From Eledone cirrhosa (taxonomy: Eukaryota), in the NCBI GenBank assembly GCA_964016885.1, contig OZ024744.1, positions 58,528,001-58,592,000 on the forward strand: 64,000 bases of DNA. Reading direction: 5' to 3'. The notes beneath the pieces are model-generated. The model did no database searches. It was not told the origin of the DNA and saw only the letters and a program-made list of their open reading frames with translations. Made by a program: the position numbers and the translations under genes. The first letter of the stretch is position 1. Each line of letters begins with the position of its first letter. This document shows positions 12,091 to 27,181 of this stretch, piece by piece.

Positions 12091-14225
12091 AAGTTCATAC
12101 GAGATAAGTAACTTCAGGCCCATAACTCTCCTAAACACAGTTAAAGATTAGCCAAAGTGTTAGCAACGAGGCTGGCGTTTGTCGTCGAGAACCTGGTGGG
12201 AAAAGCTCAAACGTGTGCAATTCCAACCAGGTCCATACACGACAACCTCCACCCCATTCGATACATCATAGAGAGGGTAGGGTGTAAACCCGGCTTCGGT
12301 GGGGCTCTGATCAATTTAGATCAGTCTAAGGCGTTTGATAGGGTCGACCATCGATACTTAGAAGCAGTTCTCAAGGGGGCCAGTTTCGGACTCGTCTTCA
12401 GAGGCTGGATCACAGCCATGCACACCAACATCTGCTCGACAGTCAAGGTGATCGGCTACCTATCGGACCCGTTCCCAATCACGCGTTCCATCCGACGGGG
12501 ATGCCCTCTCTCCTCCATTCCGTATGTATTGACTCTAGAGCCACTACTGCAGAAGTTGGAGCTTTTGCAGGGTATCCCGTTGGAACCGGAACTGCGAAAA
12601 GTGGCGTCGGCTTATGTCGACGACGTGACAGTAATGGTGTCGAAAATCTCGGAAATCGGGGTGATCGGCAACTTGCTGCAGGAATACGAAAGGCTTACAG
12701 GAGCAAAACTCAACCCGGACAAATCTGTCGGTTTGCAACACGGAACGTGAAGAGGCAAACCGATGCCGCCCGACTGCCTCGTCGGACGCTGGACGGAAGG
12801 ATCGGTGAAATTGCTGGGTGTCTGGTTCGGTCCGGACCTCCAAATGGATAAAAATGGAATGAGGTCACGGCCAAGGTATTTGCGCTGACCCAGAATTGGG
12901 CAGAGTGCAAACTATCCTTGAAAGGTCGAACGGAGGTGGCGATCACTTTCATAGCGTACGTCATCTACTACCGCTTGACCGTCGTACCTTGTCCCTGTGA
13001 ATACCTCGCCAAGATGGAACGCATTCTCCTCCAATTCCTTTCGAAGAAGCAGCCTCCACTGGTGAGAAGATCTGTCTGCTGTCAGCACTCTTCCAACGGA
13101 GGGCTGGGAATGCCGTGGCTGATGATGCGCAAACACACTCTGAGGCTATGGCATCTCCAGGTATTCCTCACCGACCGACCGGTGTGGGCACCGTTTGTGA
13201 GACAAGCCTTCCCGCAACTTGTCTCGCTGACGGAGCTGCAGTCCTGGGTCAAGCGGAGACCGAAGAAAAATGGCGCCTGGCACATTGAATGCGCTCAGGC
13301 GCTTACAGTCCTCTGTCAAGCGGGCACAGCAATCAGTGGAGACTCCACTTCGACATTCTATAGAAGGATAGTACGACACAAGTGCGACGACGAGCTCAGA
13401 GAGACTCTGGGCGTCGAAGACGACGAGCTCACCAGTCTGTTCGGTAGGATTTTCCGCCCGGGACCTATGGACAACTTCCAAAGATCCCTGGCCTGGCAGT
13501 GTTACCGAGGAGCTCTACCAGTACGCGATAAGATCTACAGGCACGGGCGCCCCGGCAGGGATCCTTCAAAGATGACGTGTCCAAGATGCGAACGGGACAT
13601 TGAAACCGTCCTGCACGCAATCGCACACTGCCCGGTCGTAACAGACCTGTGGAACTACGCAGAACAACTGTTGTCGCGTGTGGTACAAATCCAGTTGACT
13701 GCCGAATCCACAGTAAGGATCAAACCGCCACCTTCATTTAAAAATGAAAGAGAGGCGGTTTTCCTCTGTATAGTGCCTATGGTGAAAGATGTTATATGGT
13801 GGACCAGGTTGAGAGGACTGAGGACAGAGACCTTTCTCTCGGGACAACAATTGATTCCCTTCTTATGGACCACTTTAGAAGGAGAATCAGAGTGGAGAGA
13901 GAGGCACTGCACCCCAGTAAATTTACTGAAAGGTGGGTGAATGTGGCAAAAATGGACCGAGTGATTCGGCCTTCTCTGTATATAAACCTGTAGGATGAAG
14001 AGGAGAGCAAAAGGAAGGAAGGAGCACTTGCACAACATGCTCCTGGGTTGTTCTATCTACGGGGTATAAAAGAACCCATTTGTAACGCCCCCCCCCCCCC
14101 TATTGGGGATTTCGATTGTTGAATTTGTATGTTAAAATCTTTTACACGATTGTATGTAAAATCCCCGCCATATGTCTTTGTACTGACCCTTTTCTTGTGC
14201 ACCATTGTGGCAAATAAAGAAATAT
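12091..14225 (+). mobile_element. 5'-truncated Tx1/L1-clade LINE (decayed ORF2: RT and C-terminal zinc knuckle)
   Basis: NFRPITLLNT, LDQSKAFDRVDH, SIRRGCPLS, AYVDD, GGLGMP, CPRC..ETVLHAIAHC; stops and frameshifts; aataaa near 14212. GC-rich compared with its surroundings. Confidence 0.88.
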
Positions 14226-14330
14226 ATCTTTAAACCAAATATTGTATTTTATCTGACGAAAGCGTACTAACATATTGGTACCCTTGAAATATGTATGATA
14301 AAATAAATATGGTTTTTTTAAAGATATTTT

Positions 14331-14395
<65 letters not shown>

Positions 14396-14403
<8 letters not shown>

Positions 14404-15131
14404 TTAGAAACACACAGATACATGCGGACACACACATATATACATGAATGCATCCGCACCCAACTGTGAGTTAAGGGTGCCAACTTCACCGATGTTGCTC
14501 AATGAATGACCGGGACAGACCAATTCAGTTGAACTAGACTGAACCAGTATCAGAGTTAAAAATACATTATGAAGAGAGAAGAAACATTTAGATATAATTA
14601 GTAATAAAATGTATCATACCTAAACTGCTCCTAAATTCCCCGACTACGTAGTTTCGTGGCATAAACAAAAACAATATATCATAAAGATATAGAGTCCCTG
14701 CGAGGTCTGCCGACTTATCAAGAGGATACCTCATTTTACTAGTCTCAAGAACGCGTCTACACGACGTGAGAAAGAATCCCAAAAGGCGGAGGGGGAGATA
14801 GTCACGCGATATAACGGTCGAGAAACAGAGCTAAGCCTCTTATAACCACGAAGAAAATACCACGGAGGCGGAGGGGGTATTCATATCGAGGCCGCAGAAG
14901 AGGTGGTGAAGAAGGCTAGAAGTATGAGTAATGGAAGCTTTCCAGTTGTCCCCACACTTCAAAGATTGCTCGACCAGAGGGAGTTATTAACAATATATTT
15001 AGAAACACACAGATACATGCGGACACACACATATATACATGAATGCATCCGCACCCAACTGTGAGTTAAGGGTGCCAACTTCACCGATGTTGCTCATTAT
15101 ATCTAAATGTTTCTTCTCTCTTCATAATGTA
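14396..15131 (-). mobile_element. ORF-less, terminally redundant HHR element (retrozyme-like), unit ~596 nt
   Basis: ~105-bp direct repeat at 14396-14500 and 14992-15096; short inverted arm 15097-15131 mirrors 14562-14597. Decayed HHR at 14635-14727 (-): atcctc-TTGATAA-gtcggca..tgccac-GAAA-CTACGTAG-TC-ggggaat. Confidence 0.7.
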
Positions 15132-15235
15132 TATATATATATATATATATATATACGTTATTCCGGGTTGAATCGGAGGTAACCACAGTAAGTAAGGTAC
15201 TCAATACATAGCAGAGTATAAAAGTTTTAATATAG

Positions 15236-15346
15236 ATGAGATTCTACACGACTAGAACTGTTTCATTCTTTAGAAATCATCAGGAATCTCAGAGATTCCT
15301 GATGATTTCTAAAGAATGAAACAGTTCTAGTCCTGTAGAATCTCAT
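15236..15346. repeat. 111-bp near-perfect palindrome made of two opposed HHR-like cores
   Basis: 55-bp arms, 1-nt spacer, 1 mismatch. Each arm reads CTGATGA-tttctaaagaat-GAAA-cagtt outward. Confidence 0.85.
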
Positions 15347-15347
15347 A

Positions 15348-15406
<59 letters not shown>

Positions 15407-15411
<5 letters not shown>

Positions 15412-15770
15412 ATATTAATAAATGGAAACTATATTTATAAAACCATAATTATTTTATTATATATATTTCAAGGGCAACCAAGGTAAATTTTGGTGCGTTT
15501 ACATCAGATAAAATGCAGATTTGTTTTATAAATAAATATTGACATACCCGGAAAAAAGACAAACTCAACGGTTGACATTCGCTTATATTATTAATATATT
15601 GTATAAAATAAAGTACGAGTAATGCACTGGGTAATTGCTGGCCTTGTGCCTAAAGTAGAAACAATTATTAATATATTGTATATTTACTCCACTAAATTGT
15701 TGAGTGCTTTATATCAGTTATAAAAATGTTTAAGCTTGTTGAATCCCAACAAATTAAATATAACCTCTGC

Positions 15771-15772
<2 letters not shown>
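15407..15772. mobile_element. HHR family C inverted insertion interrupted by a SINE 3' fragment
   Basis: Minus arm 15407-15580 matches 11511-11670. SINE end at ~15603-15670. Plus-strand tail 15670-15772 matches 39800-39893. Confidence 0.65.
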
Positions 15773-15847
<75 letters not shown>

Positions 15848-15933
15848 GGAGGTGAGTTTTATTGTAGTACAATAAAGCAATGCAGATATCGGATAAGAAG
15901 CACTCTACAGTTTGTAGGACTGGAGTATACATA

Positions 15934-17612
15934 ATTAAATTTATAAATTTAGGAATTTATAAATTTCCGGTTGGTTAGTTGGTTCCACAACCAGACGATT
16001 GTTCATATATTGTCAAAGTTCTTTCGTCACACATTCTGTGACCTCTTCAGTGACTGGGGATTCTTTTCTTTGTTTTTGTGCCTCTCCTTTGTTCTGTCCT
16101 ACGCCATCTTGTTTTTGTGTGTGTTGTGTGCTTAGTTTGCGCATGTGTTACATCCGGGTGTCTGTGTGTGTTTATATTTGTTTATTTATTTGTTTATTTA
16201 CATGTTACTGGTTGGTTGTTTGTTCTATGTGTGTGTGTGTTTTAATTTTGTCCTTAATTGTAAGTTGTGATGTTGCTGTTCCACTCATGTTTTCTATTTA
16301 ATTTTGGTTGGAGTTCATTTATGTTTATTGCCTCTGTGATTTGTCTAAACATTGCGTCTTTTCTGTGTGTAGATTCTATTTTTATTTCTATGTTCTCTAG
16401 TTTACCCTTAGGTTTTATTTTAGCATGTTGGTGGAGTACAGATGATTCTTTACTATCTTGAAGCTCTCGCCAGTGTTCATTTATCCGTTCTCCTATACTA
16501 CGAGCTGTCTCACCTATGTACACTATATTCTTATCTCTACATTATCCTTCAGTACATCTTATGCTATATACTACATTTCTAGTTTTACAGTTAATATGGA
16601 GGCTTAGTTTACAGATTATACATTTCTTATCTATACAGGGAGGTCTTTGAAAAGGGTATGTATTGCTAATAAGTGTTTTTATGGAGGTACCTGGTCTTTC
16701 TACTATCTTAATATTGAGTTTATGTTTATCTAGGGTCCTTCTAAATTTGTAAGCTAATTCACCTCTAGGGGTTGTATGGATGAACATTACACTCTGGTAT
16801 TTATTGCTATCATACCATGAGTTTATTCTATTAACCTTATTTCTAGTTCCTTCTATTCTATTCCAAAATTTGCTCCTATACAAGAGGCAGGTCCCATTTG
16901 TATCATTATTTACCATTTTTTACCATTTTTTCCCTAGAGGTGAATTAACTTACAAATTTAGAAGAATCATCTGTACTCCACCAACATGCTAAAATAGAAC
17001 ATAAGGGTAAATTAGAGAACATAGAAATAAAATTAGCATCTACACACAGAAAAGACGCAATGTTTAGACAAATCACAGAGGCAATAAACATAAATGAACT
17101 CCAACCAAAATTAAATAGAAAACATGAATGGAACAGCAACATCACAACTTACAATTAAGGACAAAATGAAAACACACACACACATAGAACAAACAACCAA
17201 CCAGTAACATGTAAATAAACAAATAAATAAACAAATATAAACACACACAGACACCCGGATGTAACACATGCGCAAACTAAGCACACAACACACACAAAAA
17301 CAAGATGGCGTAGGACAGAACAAAGGAGAGGCACAAAAACAAAGAAAAGAATCCCCAGTCACTGAAGAGGTCACAGAATGTGTGACGAAAGAACTTTGAC
17401 AATATATGAACAATCGTCTGGTTGCGGGACCAACCAACCAACCGGAAATTTATAAATTCCTAAATTTATAAATTTAATTTATAATAAATTGGAGTGAAAG
17501 CAACTGGTGCGTGTGTTTCTTATTGGCAACATGACCCTCCCAAACCATAACAATATCGGTTTCAACACACGTTTTCAGATAAAGAATCTTGCTAAACAAA
17601 TTCAGAAACGAA
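15934..17612. mobile_element. PLE family B (Neptune-like), tail-out inverted insertion
   Basis: Left arm (-) 15934-16920 encodes [48 protein letters not shown]. Right arm (+) 16932-17612 has an internal deletion and ends in the first codons of the ORF ([11 protein letters not shown]), as expected for a pseudo-LTR. Confidence 0.9.
17358..17400 (+). ncRNA. Minimal type I hammerhead motif (family B); mirror copy at 16012-16054 (-)
   Basis: GTCA-CTGAAGA-g-GTCACA-gaatg-TGTGAC-GAAA-GAAC-TT-TGAC. Further copies at 30994-31036 and, with the core deleted and stem III AAGATCTT, at ~25111-25142. Confidence 0.8.
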
Positions 17613-17632
17613 ATATATTTATATCTATAAAC

Positions 17633-17727
<95 letters not shown>

Positions 17728-17740
17728 TATATATATAAAT

Positions 17741-17833
<93 letters not shown>

Positions 17834-18318
17834 ATTAGCGGTGGCAGTAAGACAGCCCTTTAAGCATAAGAAAACGTATAATATATAATTATACAGTAAA
17901 CGTATGGGTAGCCTCATGGCCGCATTTATTGCGCGACGGTCGGGCATTTACCCCAGCCCCCATCACCTGTAAGCGATGGTGGGTCCTAGCAAGATAGATG
18001 TACCCTGGGACTGCCAAAGGCGTAACACCTGATGGCCCTTGATTATTTTCTTTTAGATACACCAGAAGAATACTTTTAACAAAAAGTACTTCACGTCATT
18101 CCTGAGGTCAATTCATCGAACTTTCTCTAGTTTATTAGAACAATATTTAAGAGAAAATACTTATGGCAATTCATCAACATTTCTCTACTTTAGCGATATC
18201 TGATGGTTGTTGTTGAAGGTAAAGGAATGTAATCGTCCAGTTTCATACAAGAATATTGTGTATGTGTGTATACATATATATATATGTGTGTGTATAAGTG
18301 TATTTATAAATATATATA

Positions 18319-18392
<74 letters not shown>

Positions 18393-18929
18393 GGTGCGTG
18401 TGTGTGCGTGTTTGTGGAAAGTGCACATAAAACGAGGATGGTCAGATTCTTTCATTTACCACCTGTATGTATAACTCGACGATTCTAATTACATGCGCCA
18501 AGCCGAAATGTAAACTTGTGGGTTTATTGTATGTTTTTAATTTTTGTGTATGTGGGGCCCTCCAAATCTGAAGTACCCCGAACCCCGAGTTTTAAATCCG
18601 GCCCCGGGTAGCCTCGCTACTGAAGAAAAATATTTTTTCTGTTTTCTTCTGTGAATATATCATAGAGTTGCCAATGTTTTGAGAATGTCAAACAACGCTG
18701 TTTCAAGATTTGTTAATTTTTCATCAGTGACACTCCCGCGAAACGTACAGCCATGAAATAGACTATAGTCCAAAGTCTTTAATATAAACGACATGCTCCA
18801 CTTGTTACGGAAAGTGGGAGTTGACAACTCATTTAAGTAATAAAAAGATACGGTCGTTTATTTTCAATATTCTCCAACGTCATAAAACTCACAGTCGGCA
18901 TTAACTGTGGCGGGAAAAAAACATCCATG

Positions 18930-19527
18930 GTTAGCTAACGGCAGTATCGGTAGAGTGTTGGACGCCATGCTTTCTAGCATAGTTACATCCCTTTACGGTC
19001 TGAGTTCAAATCCCATCGAAATAAACTTTGCCTTTCATCCTTACGGGGTCGATAAAATAAACTACCAGTAATCTACTGAGTAATTGCTGGCCTTGTGCCA
19101 AAAGTAAAAACAATTATGTCGATAAAATAAAGTACCAGTAATGAACTGGGTAATTACTGGCCTTGTGCCAAAAGTAGAAACAATTATTATCTATTGACGC
19201 ATAGAGTTACGGCCCTTGCCATTCTGAGTTTAAATCTCGCCGAGGTTAACTTTGCCTTTCATCCTTACGGGGTCGATAAAATAAAGTACCAGTAATACAC
19301 TGGGGTAATTGCTGGCCTTGTGCCAAAAGTAGAAATAATTATTATCAGTATCGGTAGAGGGTCTGATGCCATGCTTTGCCACAAAGAGTTACAGCCCTTT
19401 ATGGTTTGAGTTCAAATCCCGCCGAGGTTAACTTTGCCTTTCATCCTTATAGGGTCGATAAAATAAAGTACCAGTAATGCACTGGGATAATTGCTGGCCT
19501 TGTGCCAAAAGTAGAAACAATTATTAT
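18930..19527 (+). mobile_element. Tandem cluster of tRNA-derived SINE copies and 3' fragments
   Basis: Three B-box/body copies and four gccttgtgccaaaagta ends, head to tail. Confidence 0.85.
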
Positions 19528-20695
19528 TTGACCGAGCAAATAATGGGGAAAACCCCGAATGTTTTATCTAAACATCAGATTGACCCTCTACAATAACTTT
19601 CTCTAGTATTAACAACATTGGAAATATTAAAACCCTTCTTTTTCATACTACCCATAAGAAAAAATAAAAACGAATCTTCAACAAGATCCCAGAACACACT
19701 CGCTTGCCGAGTAGGATGGACCCCGTCAAATCGGACCAAGGAAACAATGTTTCCATTTGTCTTTCCATTGCTGATACTATCTACTGGTTGCAACTCCTGG
19801 CAGAAGGAGAAACGTAAAATAAGATATACTCAGCTTTAATCGCACACTTTAGTAAAAAGATAAACTGACCAATAAATATAATTTGAAATATTCCCACCAT
19901 CATCCACTTGCCGTTTTTGATCAACTGCATGATGAAGGCTGAGCAACTATGTTGGTTTTAGACTAGCCTGTCTACCCAGAGTGGGTTGAGTAGGGTATGG
20001 AATTAGAATTCAGGACGCAAACGTACCGGAAAATATACCGCAAAGCATCTCGTCCGACATTCTAGCAATTCTACCAATCACCCTCCCTGGAATGTTACTT
20101 TATTTAAAAATCTCCAGAAGGATGTAAGGATTAAAAGATGAAGGGCAAAGTTGACTTTGATGGGAGTTGAACTTTGAAAATTGGAACAAATACTGCAAAA
20201 CATTTAATCCAACATTCTAATGGATTTGCCAATTCGCCACCACAATTTAAAGTATACCCAACTTTAAATGTGAATTTTAATGGAAAAATTAAAATAGCCT
20301 ATAAATATTTTTATCGGATGGTTAAATGAAGAAATTCTTTACAGGGAAGCATAAGATTAATCAATGTTGGAATGACTATCGTTCCGAAATAATTCATTAT
20401 TGTTTACATATTTCTAGAGACAAATACATAAACACACACAGACACACACACACATACATATGTACATATATATAAATGTATATATACACACACACACAAA
20501 CATACATACATACATACATACATACATACATACATACATACATACATACATGGTGGCTGCCAACTCATTTTCGAGTACGGCCACTACTTTATATCCATGT
20601 AGGAGAACCCCTACCTATGTGCTGAACGAGTGTGACTTTTTAGTCCAGCCAGCGACTTGAAAACTCTGGTACATACACTACACTTGTGACAATTA

Positions 20696-20726
<31 letters not shown>

Positions 20727-21007
20727 CATACATACATACACGAAGGCTTCCCCCTTGTTATCGAGTATGGCCATTGTACGATATAACATTATTAATAATT
20801 ATTTATTAATTCTATCGTACACTGCCTGTGTGTGAAGTTATTTTTTAGAGTGAGCAAACACTGTGCACTGAGCCAATCTCATCTCTGAGCGACAGTAGCT
20901 ATAACCCGAAGAGATGTCAACATGAATGGACCTGTTATTTTTATCTAAAGACATTTTTTCCAATTACAGCCCGCCCGTCCCCTCAATCTATCTTATTTCT
21001 CATTCTT

Positions 21008-21043
21008 TCTTCTGATGAAGGACTAGCGTCCGAAACGTTAAGA
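21008..21043 (+). ncRNA. Minimal type I hammerhead ribozyme motif
   Basis: TCTT-CTGATGA-a-GGAC-tagc-GTCC-GAAA-CG-TT-AAGA; stem III palindrome AACGTT. This is the typical PLE minimal HHR form. Confidence 0.85.
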
Positions 21044-21127
21044 CCCTCTTCCTGCTATACCAAGAGTTAACCTAATATATCCCTTCCGTATACTGTACCG
21101 ATTGTGTTGTTATTTCTGTTTTCCTTT

Positions 21128-21216
<89 letters not shown>

Positions 21217-21599
21217 GCGTATATTCAAAACATAATGAATGTTATATTCCAGATCGTGAAAATAGGTTTAACCTAGTTGTCGCTTGCTTACATTCCTGAA
21301 ATACGCTAGCTAACTTTGGTCCAAGACAATGGACCTCTTCTCACATAATTCCAACAAAGGTCGACAAGAATACTGGTGGCATTTAAAGAACACGTCTTAT
21401 CGTTGTGTGTGTGTGTGTGTTAACGTCATTGTTGAACTAACAGTCACATTCACAATCAAAGCCGCTGGTATGTCCTTAATACTGGTATCCGGTTGTCATC
21501 TGTTGCACACACACACATGAGCTTTCAAACAAAATATCCTTCCAATCTTTAGTTTCTAAAGCAATGCAGTCTCAAGAAACTACAAGTAATACTAATAAT

Positions 21600-21983
<384 letters not shown>

Positions 21984-21984
21984 G

Positions 21985-23770
21985 AGTGGAGACACTACCC
22001 GAAGATCAGAAAGGATGTAATAGAAGAAGCAGGGAGACTAAGGATCAATTGTTGATTGATAAGGTGATCCTTATATATTGTAAAAGGAGACACACAAATC
22101 TTGCCATGGCCTGGATTGATTACTGCAACGCTTACGACATGGTGCCACATAGTTGGATAGTGGAATGTTTGAAAATTGTTGGTATTGCAGCTAACGTTAG
22201 ACAGTTTCTGGTGAGTAGTATGGATGGAAGACTGAGCTGACATCATGAAGATAAACATTGAGAGTTGTGAACATCAAGAGAGGAATATTTCATAGAGACA
22301 GTCTTTCACCTTTGTTGTTTGTATATGGTCCCACTGCCATTAGTGTTTAAGAAGCCCAAAGACCGGTTATGAATGGGGAGGACATGAGTTTAAAATAAAC
22401 CACCTGCTGTTCTAATGGATGACATAAAACTCAATGGAAATCCTATGAACATATTGATTCCCTTGTATAGACAGTTCATACATTCAGTAGAGACATAGCA
22501 TTGGAATTTGGCATTAAAAAAGTGTTGGGTGCGACTACTGAAGCAAGGTAGAATAGATAATATTGATGGAACTGTATTATCAGATGGACAAGTTATGAAG
22601 GAAATTGACGACGAATATAATTACTTAGGCATCCTGGAAACAAACCAAATGAAAGAGAAGGAAATGAAAGAGTTGTTTTCAAAGGAATATAAACGGAGAC
22701 TGAAGTTGGTGTTAAAGACAAAGTTAAGTGGTAGGAATAAGATACTGGCTATCAGCACATGGACTGTTGCAGCTCTAAGGTATAGCACTGGTGTGCTAGA
22801 GTGGAGATGTGATGAACTTAAGGAGCTTGATAGAAATACCATGAAAATGATGACTCTATAAGTGGCTGTACACCCTAAAAGTGACATGGACAGGTTGTAT
22901 CTATCACGACAGAAAGGAGGAAGAGGTCTCATTAGCTGTGAAATGTGTGTGAAGTCTGAAGAAAATGGTATGTAAAGGATTCAAAGGAGAGATTGATGAC
23001 AGGAGTAAGAAAGATAAAGGTCCTAAACAGTAATGAAGCAAAGGAAAAGGGGGAATTTAAACAAGACAGACAGAATGACACCTTGACTAGATGGAAGGAA
23101 AAAATGTATAGTCAATGCATATGTTAAATGCCTGAGACAGTTGACAAAGATAGGAACTGAGAATAAACTAGGAAAAGTGACTTATTTTTGCAGCCCAGGT
23201 ACAAGCACTGAGAGCGATCTATACCAAGTTCAATATTGACAAGTCAGTGAATTCCCCACTTTGTAGGTTGTGTGGCGAGAAAGGTGAGACAATAAACGCC
23301 ATTATTAGTGAATGTAAGATACTTGCGCATAAAAGGTACAAGAGAGGGTATGACAACATTGCCATATTAGTTCATTAGAAGCTCTGTCATAAGTGTGGCA
23401 CGAGCAGAAGTAAGAAAAGACAACATCAACCAGAAAGGGTGGCTGAAAATAAACAGTATAAGACCTTGTGGGACATAACCCTCTAGTGCGACCATTTTAT
23501 TGTGGCTAGAAAGGCTGACATTGTTGTCATAGAGAAGAAGAATAACAAGGCAAGTATTTTGAATATTGCTTCACCGTGAGACCATAGGGTAAATGAGAAG
23601 GTAAGTGAGAAAGCTGATAAATACCAGGAGCTGAAGAGAGAAATCAGGAAACTGTGGAGAATCAGACACGTAGAAGTGGTTCACTAGGAACAGTTAGTAG
23701 AAGGCTGAATGCATGGCTTGAGAAGCTAGGAATTACCATCAGAACAGGATTGTTACAGAAAACAGCCCTG
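21985..23770 (+). pseudogene. Decayed R4/Dong-like LINE (RT to REL endonuclease)
   Basis: [65 protein letters not shown]; many stops and frameshifts. Confidence 0.88.
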
Positions 23771-23786
23771 TATGTATGTGTATATA

Positions 23787-23843
<57 letters not shown>

Positions 23844-24118
23844 GTGTGTGTGTGTGTGTGGTCAGGATGAGGAGGATGAATATGTGTAGAGTGTAGAGGA
23901 GGAGATGCCTTATAAGACCTTATTAGCGAAGCATAACCTAACTCTTGCTATATCATAGAATTATTTAAGAAGTATATAAGTTTTTTTCGTGAACGAACAT
24001 TCAAATTCAGCGGCACCTGCTGCACCTATCCAAAAGCAGCACATAGTAAAATGGATGCTAACATATTTGATTAGGAAAATTCAATTAATTATAACGACAC
24101 CTTTAAGAATAAAATCTA

Positions 24119-24263
<145 letters not shown>

Positions 24264-25011
24264 AGGAAATTGTTCATGCATGCTAAAACTTCAAATATTC
24301 ACAATGTCCTTTAGACAAACGTTTCTCACAGCCGTGCGATTGGAGGAGAGCTGTGATGATTGAAATAGAAGTAGGGAGACCTAATATAATTTACTGTATA
24401 GACTGGTGTATAAGACGCATTTTTTTAATCTCAAAATTCAATGTCAGAATCTGCCTGCACTGATGATATGAATAGAACAATAATAATGGTTTCTGATTCA
24501 GGAACAAGACCAACAATTTTCGGGAAGGGGGAAAGTCGATTAAATCGACCCCAGTGCGTTACTGGTACTTTATTTTAACGACCTCGTAGGGATAAAATGC
24601 AAAACTAACCACGACGGGATTTGAACTCAGAACGTTCCAATCCCGACAAGGTTAGCTTTGCCTTTTATCCTTATAACAATAAAAAAAATATAAACGAAAC
24701 AGAACCCAATATTAACTTTTCTTTTTCCTAAAAAATATTCCGAAAAACATGAAACAATGTTCTTTATAACCATTATTCTATTGAGGAACTTTGCCCCGTC
24801 GGCATTTGGTATTGTTTTGTATTGTAATCTATTACAACTATTATTGTTATTGTTATAGTGTTAAGGGCGGTGAATTTGTAGTATCGGTAGAGCGTCAGAC
24901 AACATGCTTTATGGCATAGGTTTACGCCTCTTTATGATCTGAGTTCAAATCCCACCGAGGTTAGCTTTGTCTTTCATCCTTACGGGGTCGATAAAATAAA
25001 GTTATGTGAAA

Positions 25012-25330
25012 CTAACAAAACAAATCAAACACACACAGATAGAACAAGCAACCAACTATTGACAAGTAAATAAACGCATGAATAAATAAATATAAACACA
25101 CACACATCCGGAGGTCACAGAATGTGACGAAAGATCTTTGACAATATATAAACAACCTTCTGATTATCGAACCAACCAACCGGAAATTTATGATAAATTG
25201 AAGTGAAAACCAACAGGTGCATGTATTTTTATTGGCAGCATGACCCTCCCAAAGTTTAACAATATCTGTTTCAACATACGTTTTCAGATAAGAAATCTTG
25301 GAAAACAAATTCCTAAATTCCAAAACGAAG
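25012..25330 (+). mobile_element. PLE family B pseudo-LTR fragment
   Basis: Matches 17160-17612, including the MTLPKFNNICFN start. The HHR CTGA core is deleted. Confidence 0.8.
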
Positions 25331-25343
25331 TATGTATATATAG

Positions 25344-25416
<73 letters not shown>

Positions 25417-25609
25417 GGCTGTATCGGTAGAGGGTCGAACGCCATGCTTTGACGCATAGAGTTACGGCCCTTGCCATTCTGAGTTCAAATCCCGCCGAGG
25501 TTAACTTTGTCTTTCATCCTTACGGGGTTGATAAAATAAAGTACCAGTAATACAGTGGGTAATTGCTGGCCTTGTGCCAAAAGTAGAAACAATTATTATT
25601 ATTATTATT

Positions 25610-27147
25610 CTTTGAGTCTCAGTCATTGATATTATTTAACTGAAAAGTTTGTTGAAATGAATATCAAGCCGCTACCTGCAGCCTCAGATATTCAGGACGT
25701 ATCGGAGGGTTCTTGCTGTTCCCAGCAAGCATGCCTTTTGAAGTGTTCCAAAAAGCGGGGCTGGACTAATCTTCTTTAACCATCCTAGTGCGCCTATGAC
25801 TTCATGGCAGTTCCAAATCCTTTTTAACTCCCACTTTAAACCCTGGTATCGGTTAATTTTCTGCCTCTCCCTTTCTTGCACTCTCGTGTCAAATGGGCAG
25901 GCTACATCTACAATCAGGCACGATCTTTTTTCCTTGTCCAAAACCACCAGGTCAGGCCTATTGTGTTTTAATGTCTAGTCCGTCTGTATCCTAAAATCCC
26001 ACAGCACTTTCACCTTATCGTTTTCTATCACCGACTCTGGTTTATGCTCATACCACTTCTCAGAATGTGGTAAATTGTTTACTTTGCATAGATGCCAGTG
26101 GAACACCCTGCCCATCACATCATGTCTCCAGCCCTTATAGTGAGTCTGGGCTAGGTGTTTAGACTCGGATACAATGTGAGTCACAGTCTCCTCATTCTCT
26201 CCACAGATCCTACACAGTGAGCTAGCCTCCTCCTTGTCAATATGGTGTTTCACCCACTTCGTTCTGAGGGCCTGCTCTTGCGCAGCCATTAGCATTCCTT
26301 CTGTAGCTTTTTTAAGGTCTCCTCTTTTTAACCAATTCCATGTCTGTAGATCTCTAAATTACATTTAAAAGGCACTATGAAGAGATTTTTCATGAAGGTT
26401 GCTCTTTCTCCTTGTTGTTATTTCCTCCTTGGACATCCCCTGGTCTATTGTCTTCTCCTTCAGTACAATTTTGAGCATTGGCTCCCTACTATCAGATACG
26501 TATTTGTGTAGGTTGTTTTTCTCCATCTGAATACAGTCCTCTATGCTGAGAAGACCTCTTCCACCTTCAGATCTCTCTGAGTAGAGTCTATCGACATCAC
26601 TCCTCTTGTGGAACATGTTGTAGATAGTCAATAGCTTCCTAGTTTTCCTATCCATTTCTTTTTGTTCAGCAACATTCCATCTCAGAATTCCCGCAGTGTA
26701 CCTAATAATAGACACAGCTCGGGAATTTACTGCACTTATGACATTCCTACTATTTACATGTGATTTTAATACGCTCCTTACTCTCCTAATGTACTCAGAT
26801 CTAATCAATGCTTCATTTTTTTTTTCTTGATGTCATCTGCCTCCAGAACACCTAAATATTTGTATCCATCTTCAGTGTCAATTTCCTTTATCATCTCACC
26901 TGTTGGTACCTGGATTCCGTTGCTTCTGCTCAATTTACCCCTCTTCATCACAAGGACTCCACACTTATTAATACCAAATTCCATACATATATCATTTCTG
27001 AAAATACGGATAGTGTCAACAAATACATCCAACTCCTTCTCACTCTTCCCAAAGAGTTTAAGATCGTCCATGAAGAGGAGGTGGTTGATGGTAAGCTCTC
27101 CTTTTCCAACTTGTATTCTGCTCTCACTTTTCGCAATATAACGGTCA

Positions 27148-27148
<1 letters not shown>
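25610..27148 (-). pseudogene. R4/Dong-like LINE, 5'-truncated, inserted in (TAA)n
   Basis: MDDLKL, YKYLGVLE, DRLY..GGRGL, AAQEQALRT, CRIC..THIVS, WRHD, VLWDF, IVDVACP, LQKACLLGTA. (ATT)n on both flanks. Confidence 0.9.

Positions 27149-27181
<33 letters not shown>

Noticed and set aside
17836-18045. GC-richer island as a possible structured RNA
   Set aside because: I could not fit it to any ribozyme or element model, and it has no second copy in the window.
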